From Antedon mediterranea (lineage: Eukaryota > Animalia > Echinodermata), in contig NC_092676.1 of assembly GCF_964355755.1 (NCBI RefSeq), forward strand, positions 22,524,871-22,588,870: 64,000 nt of DNA, in the 5' to 3' direction. Both the position numbers and the translations under genes were made by a program. Below the pieces are notes generated by a model. The model saw only the letters and a program-made list of their open reading frames with translations. It made no database searches and was not told where the DNA came from. Positions 13,101 to 25,100 of this stretch are shown here, in pieces. Positions within the stretch are counted from its first letter, which is position 1. Every line of letters starts with the position of its first letter.

Positions 13101-16100
13101 AAATTAAGATTAATTAAATCAGACTATGAATATGTTATTTTGTAGTTTTAATAAAGTTAATCATTCCATAGAAAAAAAAAATTAAAAAAATAATGTTTTC
13201 ACTTGTAAAATGACAAAATAAACTGTTAAATTAAACCAAAAATCCATTGGCTGGCAGCCAATTTGACCATTTTTTGCTTTAAATTACATTTTTTCCAGGT
13301 AAATACATTTTTTTCCGATCTAATTTTTGGTCAAAGTGGAACTATTATGTTACATTAAAATGGAATATTCAACAAAATTTTTTTAGAAATATTTTTTCAG
13401 GGGGACAATACATCTTTAATTCAACTGTAGTGTAGGCCTATAAATTGTTTATTTAAAAATTATTTATTAGTATTTTCATACTGTTAGTGTTATTATATTG
13501 AGTCTTGGTATAACTTTATAGTATTAATTTAAGCATGGAGATTTAATAAGCGTACTCATTTCAAAGCTTTTATTATTGTGTTTATTTCGATGGTACCGAC
13601 ATGACAAGATTTCAAAATATAAATATAGTAGAACACCTTTATGACCCAATGCCCATTAAAGGGTGTTCCATGAATAGTGGTTGGCTATAGTGTTAAAACA
13701 TATATTGCCCTTTTGTTTGTTTGAAAGAGTGTCCTCTTAATAGGGGTGTCCCAAACGAGATGTTCTAAAGGTTTCTTTTATTAAGGGCCTTTCACACCTC
13801 TTCCGGCACGGTTCCGGTCCGGCGAATCGAACGCCAATGTTTCGTTTTCACGACGCTCCACGCGGCCAAGCACCAATCGATATGCGCGTAGCCGCGTAAA
13901 AACGAAACATTGACGTTCGATTGGATTTGCCGTCGCCGGACCGGAACCGTGCCGGAGCAGGTGTGAAAGGCCCTTTAATCATAAACTTTTTTTTTGTACA
14001 AATTGTGTTTTATTACTTATTAGTCAACTTTTTTCATCTGTTATAAATAATGTTTTTTAAACTTCCAAGAAAATACTTTTTGCAAACGGTAGGACATATT
14101 TAACAAACATATCTGTTTACTAAGCCTTTCTTTTAGAACATAGTGTTAATTGTTAAAGGCAGTAATTATTATGAATACTGTAAAAATGAAAGCAAAGTTG
14201 TATATTACTATATACTTACTATATTTATCAACTACAGTACTGGTAAATGATCTTAACGCTCAAAAAACCAACTACTGTACTACTATAAATTAGTATTATT
14301 ATTTTTTCATTGATTAATAATAAACATATTTTAATTAAATCAAATCATTTTAATAAAGAAAAACACTACAGACACTATATGAGGATCATGTCAATACCAT
14401 TCTACTGCAGTTACTGCAGTAACTAAATTTTGTTTATTCTTTCTTGTAATCATTTAGCGGGTCTTTTGTTGGTAAACATACACTGTTCATTGAATGCCTC
14501 ATACACTGAAACAGCTATTGCACTAAAAGAAATAGTAGTTATTGCAGTAGAGTAATGTTGACATGATCCATTAACTAAACATGTTAGTACTCTTTACAAA
14601 CTTTTTCACATAATACTGCAAGAATTACAGATTTCTACAAACAGGCACAAAAGCGAGTCTATCAAATGACAAATCTAGGCAGAAATCAATTTGAATTTGT
14701 CAAACTTGCATTTGAGTTGAACATGTTAATTTGTTTGTGAAATTGATTTTAAAATAACTAATTGATATTCAACAGCGTTGAATGTATACATTCCATATGA
14801 TGATGATTACATGATGATGATGATGATGATTACTTGATGATTACATGATGATGATCATGTGATAAGTAATAATTGTTTAAAAAATAGTGAAAATTTGAAT
14901 AAAATTTGGTACAATTTAAGAATTTATAGTTAAATGAATATTAACCACACATTCATAATTCATGCAATCAATCAATCCCGTATGCATTCATTTTGTGTAT
15001 GAATATGTCCGATAAAAACCCCAGTGCTTCACTACAAGCCAAGGTCCACCTGTTGTCAAAGCAGTAGTAAAGTATTTTTGTGAGTTTTCATAGTTCTTAC
15101 CTAGAGGTAAGTTGATATCAGGGACCAAAATTATCGCTAACTAGTAGGTCAATGAAAAACTTTAAAGAAGCCTGAATGAGCCACATGTGCCTGTTGGTAA
15201 ATGTGTATAGCTATATGTTTTTTGGGAACAGAACAATAGCGACCTTTCTTGTTCAAGATGTGCCACTTGACTGTGCAGCAGTTGAGTTAAAATGTCATTG
15301 GGCAAATGCTCACAAAACATAGTGGCATGCCCAGAATTCGAGATTCAATTGCTACATAGTCACTGGGCTTGTCATGAAAACTAACGGTCGCCATTGAGTT
15401 CACATGCTCAACTCAAATACAAATTCAAAGACTATGAAGAATACAAGCAGAAATCAAACAGAAAACAGAAAAAAAAAACCCATGCAGCCTATAGGATATA
15501 GATGCAACCGAAATCAACAAACAACAAAGCATAACATATGGAATGGAGATGGAAAAAGTGGGTCGGGTGGGAAGGTGTCCTGCGAGAGAGCATTGTGAAC
15601 CCAACAATTTTGCTTTAGCCAATTTTTTAAAAGGGTTGTTTTTTTGTTGAAAATAATTAAAAACAGCTTAATTTTTGCAGATCTGCAAAATTCCAATGAA
15701 TTTTCCATTTTTGTAGAAAAAGTTTGTTTTCGGTGTTAGCAAAATCTTTTAACCATAATTAAGCGCACCTTTGACCTATGTAAGGTATCGACTGGCTCGT
15801 CATAGATGACATTGCCGCTATCAAGAGGTAATTGTAGAACATCATGAGGGACGGCATAGCCCTCGGATGTTGCGATGTCACCAAGCGGATTGGATCCCCC
15901 TTTCTGAGATGGAGTTCTTACCGAACGGTTATTTCCGACTGCTTGTTTAACCGCTGAGAACTTGTCCAGATCCAATTTCTAAACAAAAAGAGGAAATTTG
16001 TTGGGCGGCATGCTTCATTTAAAAGCAAGCTGAAAATAAAATACTAAAAACAACAAAAACATGTTCAGATATCAGAACACCAAAAGTTCAATCTGAGAGG

Positions 16101-19100
16101 CTCACAAAGAAAAATAATAAAATCATAAAATAATTTGTAAAAAATATTATTTTTTGCTAATAGACTGGCATTCACAGATAACCTATATTGAATAAATTAA
16201 ATGTTTACATTGATACAACACAAAACAGGAAACACAAGCATACAATTAACATACCAAGCCAGTATATATATATATAAATTACATCCTCCACAAGTTTTTG
16301 TTTACTTATTTCTAACATGTTAAATGTTAAATGTTAAATTTTAATCTATATCTATCTTATCTAGGTTGATTAGATTAGATCACTTCTTTTATCAATACAA
16401 TGCATTCATTTTGGTCTTTTTGTTTTGCTTTGGAAAGAATACATATTAGATAATATTTTCAAAATATAATCTGTAACCTAAAAATGTATTAAATAATTGT
16501 TAATTCATATAAATCATTTCTTTACAATATTAATGCTTCAATATTTTGAATTTTCAAATTTTGCGTTACAATTTTATTTATGTTATTATTCTTGCTTAGA
16601 AAATGATAAATTGTGTAAATTTTAGAATTAATTAAAAAGAATGAAGTAATGGGATTATGTCAAAATTATTCTACTGTAATTACTGCATTAACTAAATTTT
16701 ATTCTAGCAAATGCCTAAAAACATATACAGTAAAAAAAGTAGTTACTGCAGTAACTGCAGTAGAATAATTTTGACGTGACAAAATTGAATTGAAGGATAA
16801 ATACCAAAATAAATACAATAAATATCATAATCCTCTTACTTTTGGTTGATTTTTCGATCGTATTGGTTTTGGTTTTACAGGGGGTGGAGGAAGCTTAGTT
16901 GTGGATGCTGCAATGTAGATAGGGTTCTCTTCTTCTTTGTAATCATCTTCAAATTGGTTCGGATTTAACCCTGAAATTAAAAAATATTTAAAGTTACTTG
17001 AGGATTCAGGAAAAAAACTATTCTTTAAAACTCTTTTTAGCAGCAAAGCAATGTGACCACAGTTTTCACAAATATGAAAAAAATATTTAAAATATCAATT
17101 TGTTAATAGTTGATTTATTGTTGGTATTCCATTCAATAAGCAAGCAAAGTTGACAAACGAGTGATAACTGGGCAACAAAAAACATTGAAAAAGGTGAGAC
17201 TTTAGAAAAACAATGCCCTTTGTGAAAAAATGGTTTTATTAAATAATCCGCTTACTTATATAAAATTTCTGTCAAAGTTCATTAGGAAGTGTTAAAATTG
17301 TCACTGTGTCACTAACCGATTCTGGAACATGACAAGTTGAGAAATAATGACTGTATTGTTTTTGTTTTAATATAGTTACTTTGCAAAGGTGTGTTACCTG
17401 TTGTGTTAAGATAACTTCTTAAACTTACAGGTGAATGTATCAGAAATTCCTCAATGGATTAAGATATTACTTTGTTATTTCCTGGGTTTGACTTTCTGTA
17501 TGGTAGCATGTGTCGACTAGCCCTAAGCAAGTAATCTGCCTTCCCCTGACATGTAATCGATCGTGTTGGGGGCATATTGAATGGGCAACATTTATAATTG
17601 AATATAGGTGTGACAAACTTTAGCCTTGGTTAGTCCCTTTCCACATATTGGTTGTGCTAAGGGCACAAGTCTATGATGTGTGTGTCAACTACCCAGGTAT
17701 TGCTCTTCCTCTGGCCCATAATTGGTGTGTGTGTGTGTATTTGTCAGTAGGCCCTACAGGTGTGACCACATCCAATTGACCAATTATAATGCCCATGTTT
17801 TGTGCTGGGAGCTGTATTTGTCATTAGGCCCTATAGGTATGAATGACCACATCCAATTGACCAATTATGATTGACCAGGAACTACTTACCAATTCCTATT
17901 TATCAGCTACGTTGTGATTGTATGTTGATTTCAATTGATACAGATTTCTGATTTCAATTGATTTCCGATTTAAATTGATTTCTGATTTCAATTGATACAG
18001 ATTTCATGCACTTGTGAATGTGCAGACCAACCTCTTAGTAACTAGCTATAATCCCAGGGTTGGCTTGTCCCAGTCTATAGCTAACCGATAATGTAACATG
18101 TACATTTTGCTTTGTTCCAAAGACAATGACATGGCATGACTTCCCCACCTACAAATTTATACTCCCGGTGGGTGACATTACCTTTTTATTATCAAAAGCA
18201 AAGTTGGCAAAATATTCTGGAAAAAATTATAGCTTAAATTTGCAAGAATTCTAAACACTTCAGAAATTACCTTTACATAAGTAAACTACTGCTCAACAAT
18301 GAGATAGCAAAAAGGGTGTACTATGTCAAGAAACATTTAAATGCAAAATAAATACAAGCTTTGCAACATTCCAAGCATGTATTGATGATATGCATTTTTT
18401 GACAATGTTGAATTGACGAATTCATTATTTATTTAATGCTGAAATTAATCAACATTAACAAATAACAGTCAACCAATCTTCAAAGATTTTATGTTATTGT
18501 TAGTTTCTTAGGAATTTGTTCATGTTTTGAAAAATCACAAAATGACAACATGTATAATGTAGACAATTATCCTAAACAAGTCCAAAATCTTCCCCACTAT
18601 TTAAAGAGAATGTCTAATACCCCTTTCACTTTGACTACAAACTCTGGAGTTTACACACACCAGGTTGACATCATACAAGACCTTGTGTGTACAAGGTATG
18701 TGTAAACTGTGGAGTTTACACACACCAGGTTGACATCATACAAGACCTTGTGTGTACAAGGTATGTGTAAACTGTGGAGTTTACACACACCAGGTTGACA
18801 TCATACAAGACCTTGTGTGTACAAGGTATGTGTAAACTGTGGAGTTTACACATACCAGGTTGACATCATACAAGACCTTGTGTGTACAAGGCATGTGTAA
18901 ACTGTGGAGTTTTGCTAGGGTATAATATTAGAAGTTACAGAAATCTATGCTTTTTATAGCCGCACAAGAGTAACTCAAATTTGGAAGAGTCAACTAGATT
19001 AAGAAAGCAAACATTCATTAAACTCAAAGCAGTTACAAGTTACACCAAAGCTGAAAAGTTTGAACAATTCACACTCATAAGCAAGAAGCAGTGGTTTCAG

Positions 19101-22100
19101 ACGTATAGAAATATAGCGCTCCCTCCAGATGTGTCATTTAGCATGGTAAAAATATGAACAAATGTTTGTACTAAAATTTGTATTTAATGATACCTTCATA
19201 AACAATATTTTCTTCCATAATAGATTCTGGGAAAATAATTAAATAAATAATTTAGAAGCTAATCAATCAAACTTTAAACTATTTTGACTAAAATTTAAAA
19301 AAAGTAAAGAACTTAAAAATAAAAGCTGGTTCCCACTTGAAAACAATACAATGATGTACTGTAGGTGTAACGCAAGTGAGTTGTCACAAGCAACATATTT
19401 GGTTTGTCCATCATGTTTTTTATCGGGACAAAGATTAACCCATCTCAGCGTGAACTCAGCTTTAAGTTAGTATAAATGGGGGGGTTTAGAGAATTTGTGT
19501 TAGCCTACAGGCAATTCAAGTGCAAATGTGCTTCATAAAAGGAGGGGGAAAAAGCAGACATTTTTAGAATAAAATCAGTAAAACAGTAAGCCATTACCTT
19601 TTGACATTTGTAGAATTGGAAAACCATAGAAACAAAGAAATAAAGAGGAGGATAAACAGAATTGATGAGATAAAAATAAGGTGGCAAGTTATTGCTGATT
19701 AATTAGTCTACTTTCCTGTCACTCATTGGTGTTCTTTGTATTTCTATTTTAATTGATCGTAAGAATTATTCCAAAATGGTTCTGAAATGTCAGCTTTTTT
19801 GTAGTAACATTTTATTTTGAATTATATCACTTCATAAGAGATAACAGAAGATGACAGAACTTGAATTTAAAAAAAAACAAAGAGGAAGGACAGAAGAAGA
19901 AAAAGACATGATGGAAAATGAAAGGAGATAATTGGTGATTAAACATTAAGTACAAATCAAGGGTATTGACTTTGTGGTGATGCACTAAGTTTGTGTCGTC
20001 GAAATAGATAACATATGCCATCATGACCTGATCGAAAAGACAGAACTAGATCTTCAACAAGTACCAAAGTCCCTAGACATTCATACTAAATATCAGCAGG
20101 TGTGGACAAACATGGCATGGATTATTGACCATTAACTGGACATCAACCAGAACAAAGACAACATCCTCAAGGGGTTAGGGAAGTGACACAATTTGAGGCC
20201 TAGGGAAAAGAACAAAACAAAACATGACCCCAGAAGTGTACAGATTATTCATCAGTTTTTAGTAGTAGTTTGTCTTATAGCAAGTTGTTTAGTCACATGA
20301 CTTTGCTCTGGGGTAAATATTACTGCATATCCTTTTGTACCAGTTTTTATACAAGACAGTTCTGTATTTGAAATACAGTTTGAGTAGCTTTGTGTAATGT
20401 ATTTATGTATGCACTTATGTAGTAATGTATTTATATTTAAAAATTTGATTTGGGTACTGTTAAATAATTCACTACAAATAAAGAGGTAATCATGAAACTC
20501 AAAATAATTTTAGTTTTACTTTAAAAAAGTACTGTACTGGACTATACATGAAGAATTTTAAGTTCAGAATTTATTGCGAGTACAGCACATCTAATCAGGG
20601 AGATAGAAGGATAAGGGTGGTTGTTTGGTCATGGAGAGGGTTGTTTGTTGAGGAGTGGCAATGTTTTGTTAAAGAGTATGTGGTGTTGAAATGAAATTAA
20701 AAGGTCAGGAAATGGTTAATCAAGGCACTGCAGTGGTGGGTAATTGCAAACAGATTCACTAAAGGTACAAATACCAATTTAATGCATTGTTTGTTTTATA
20801 GGATACAAGCTTCAATAAACATGTTTCAGCAAATTGCTGATACATCCCAGATCTTTGGTTTCAGTGAACCGAAATTGATACAAACTGCAAACGATTCTTA
20901 TCCTCTGAGTCACAGGGACAGGGAGGTGATAACAAAATTGGTAGATTTCTAAAGACGGGTAAAAAATGACATCTCTCCCAAATTATGTCAACAAAAGTTC
21001 TGGCACAGTATGAAAACGTGAGAAATATTATAACGCACTTTAGAATAGAATACAAGCACAGGTGATGATTTTAAGAATTTCACAGATAGCTCCCATACAT
21101 ATTGCTGAAAGTTGTTACTGGCAGGTCGTAAAGATCTTCAGAAACTAACTTCAGAATTCATTTGTTTTCTAATATTTGTTCATTATTTTGGGCCACTCAT
21201 ATTAAAGGACACAAAATGAGTGGCAATAGATGTTTTAATAGCTCACTCGTTTAAATCCTATTTTGAATAATTTTTTTTTTAATGTGGGTGCATTTAAATA
21301 TCTTAAACTGTTCTTACCTTGATCTGAAAAAATTCTTGTCGGTTTCATGGGTGGTGGTACATGTTTAGGCATAGGCCTTTGGTGGTCTGCTGAAAAAATA
21401 AACAAACATATATTATTTTAAAATGATTAAAATAAAGTCAAAGTTGATACAATGGGATTGGGATTTTGGAGTTTTTGTTTCCATTTTAAAGTATAACAGT
21501 TAATCAGGGAGTATTACCTCTTCCCAGGTTTAAACAAGGTAAAATTAATTTAATTAAAATGTATAAATCAATCAAAATAAAGGAGTACTACAGATTTTAC
21601 AATTTACCATTCGAATATAAAAAAAAAGTACCGGTACTAGGAAAGGATTTTCTGTCTCGGACAAAAGTCAATAAAATACACAAATTGAGATAACATCTGA
21701 AACAATTGATACACAGTCATTTGATTAAATATTTCTAACATTATATGAATAAAGATGAACAAATAAAGATTGAAAAATTGAATCATGATGCCAATTGTTT
21801 TCCAACTTATGTTTTTTTAAAATAGATTCATGGAACAAACAGACTTCGGTCACATGTATCACAAAGCTAACTATAACTATCAAAAATATTTTGCAACAAT
21901 GAAAATAATAATAATACTTACCCTATCATCAGATCGAGGTGTTCAAAACACTTACTAAAATTTCTAATTTATTCAACATTTTTAAAAAATACAAACCCTT
22001 TGAAATTTCTCTTAAATACTAATTTATAGTCAGAGTAATAACAAGATAAAATAAATGCAACCTAAATATAACAACTCGCTGCTTCTAGTTGAACTAAATT

Positions 22101-25100
22101 ATATGTTTATTAACCCAAAATAAACATGGTAAACTTTAAGATACAGTTGATGCGATGTGTGCACATACCTTTATTTATAGTATTGATCCATGTTGGCATA
22201 TTAAGGAACACAGTTCCCATACGCCATGCTTGATTATACAAGCGTGGTTTCAATGTTTTTCGTACGGATGAAATCGCGACCATTTTTACTGTCTTTCGTT
22301 ATATAAATACAGTATAAACAATTGGAATGTGAATGTTTTTACACAGCAATTCTCAGATTTCTCAAAAATCTGTTATCAAGTTAGTTACAAAAGTATAAAT
22401 ATAATAAATAGCAGTTATGTTACATATACAGAGTTTTCCAAAATTGTTTTGCTATCGTAAATCAACTAGTTCGGTAAAATGATCACATGCTTCCAGAAAA
22501 ATATGATGTTACACAATAAAAAATCCAAATTTGTAGTGCGAGATGCAAAAGCACCCATTCAATCTGATTAAAAGATTTCAAATCCTGTGAATATTTTCAA
22601 ATGAAGTAACAGCACATTGACATTTCACAAGTGTGAGTAGTCAACTTCCTTTGTCGTGCGTTGCTTGTCGTTAACTGAAGTTCACAAAGTTTTTCCTAGT
22701 GTTTATAAGTGAACGTCAGGGATTGCTTTGATTGGATAATACCTTCATATACGTCTAAGCACCAGTCAAGTGACAACGTTCTAGCCAACTTGGCGCAAAT
22801 ATCATTTTTCTTTTTTTATATATTATATTTTCTCATGTTGTGGGAAGATTTCAGTATGAATTAATATAATAAGTGAACATTTGGATGCAAGTGACTGTTG
22901 CATTAAGTTTTTTTTTATGTTTTGGAAAGATTTCAGATACATACTTAGAAATAAGAGATCTTTTGGAATGTATGTGTAGAGATTTTTTTAAATGTTTATA
23001 TATATTTTCTCTCATTAGAATTAAGCAATGTGATAAAAACAATAAAAGATATGAAAAAAATGATTAAAGATTAAACTTTACATACACCACAATGCAATGA
23101 TATGGTTATTATATTGTAGTCGCTGTGTGTCTACATATCAATGCCTCTCTCTTTGTTTTGTTGTTTTTCCTTTTTTTATAGTATGAAACTTTGCAGGTTA
23201 TAAACTATTAGTCTTGATCAGTATCATTACAGGCAAGAGGTAAAACCTGAAATAACTATCAACAAATAATATAAACTGACAAATAAATGCCTGAGGCTAC
23301 AAATTACGATATCGCACAAGGCTAGGCTGAATTAGATTTGGCGTGCGAACATGTTATACCATCAGGAAGGGGCTCTGAGAGGGTAAGAGTCCACTTCAAA
23401 TGGGCTAGTCTCATCAGCTGAAAAAGGCCGGAGGCTACAAACTAAGATATTGAACAAGGCTAGGCAGGATTAGCCTGACATGGCGTACCCACACGAGGAA
23501 GGGGCTGTAAGAAGCCGGGGTAAGAGTCCACTTAAAATGGGCTGATGAGCTTAAGAAATTAGCTGACAAATGCCGGAGGCTACAAATTAAGATATTGAAC
23601 AAGGCTAGGCAGGATTAGCCTGACATAGCATATCCACACAAGGAAGGGGCTTAAGATGCCAGGGTATAGAGTCCACTTAAAAATGGGCTGGTGATCAAAA
23701 GAAATAAGCTGACAAATGCCTGAGGCTAAAAATTAAGATATCGAACAAGGCTAGACAAGATAATCTGGACATAGCGTACTCGCACAATATACCACCAGGA
23801 AGGGATTGTGAGAAGTCGGGGGTAAGAGTCCACTTAAAAAATGGGCTGGTGAGCAAAAGAAATAAGCTGACAAATGCCTGAGGCTAAAAATTAAGATATT
23901 GAAAAAGGCTAGACAGGATTAGCTTGACATATCCACACGATATCATAAAGGGGTTGTGAAAAGGTATAGGCTCCACTTCAAAATGGACTAATGTGAGCAG
24001 ACAAATGAAAAATGCCTAAGGCTAAAAATTAAAACATTACACCCGACTACAAAAATGGACGATATCACACCGATCTATTGTTTGAATTCCCAATTTTAAT
24101 CTTCTTTATAACGTAACAGTTACGCGCATGTTCGTGCCAATGTACACAGAAAACAGTAAGGAAACCAGGACAGACATTGTATTAATTGCTACAACACTCA
24201 ACATTCAAAATGTTGGTTATGGATACTTCAGATAAACAGCATTCTATTTAAACAGCTGGTCAGCAAGGATTTCTAGGTATGAGATATGGGTACCTGGTTG
24301 ACCATTGGGTTAAACGATAACTGACAACAGACGAACCAACCTTGAAATTAAGTGATATCAACTGAAAGCGGACTAAAAATAGCACTTTTTAACCTGGAAT
24401 TTTTACTCAAAAAGAGTAATTTGTATCCTAATTTTAAGTTAAAATAAACTTTATATATAGTTTATATTATGTAATATATGAAATTGAAAAATGTATCTTA
24501 TATAGTGATAAAAGATAACATTTATACGTTATAGTTTGTTACATGCATCCCAACACATGGGATAAAAATGATGGGAATGGTTCTGGTGGATATAAAATTT
24601 AATTATTTTCCTTTACGCAATTTATCCTTGCATTATAATTAATAACTATATTAACTTGCAAAAAAAGTCTAGGAGAAAATAAATCAAATGGGTGTATACG
24701 CTTTCCTTCTTTAAATAAACATTTTCATTAAAAAAAAAATGATTTAATTTAGCAATCTGGCCTTTTGAGTTTATTTAAATATATATTTGGTCTTAAAATA
24801 ACATGCATGTGATTGGCTAATTAACTTGTGCTAAGTCAAGATACAGTAATAGGGAAGTATATAAATGATTAAAGTACACACAGCTATGTCTAGGGAAATT
24901 ATTTTTTTGCTATAGTAAATTCAAATAATTACAGATACTTATAGGGAACATACAAAACACTTATGTGTACATTATAATATATTAGATAAACTACATAAAT
25001 TCAACTGAATGTAAATGTTTTACGTGTAGAAGTGTTCAAATCATTTATGTATAAAATATACACAAATAAATATTACTATGATATGTTAATGATGAAATGC

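Noticed and set aside
15100-15140. Exon-like segment ending G|gtaaga
   Set aside because: About 40 nt and breaks the phase of the flanking phase-0 exons; no supporting motif.
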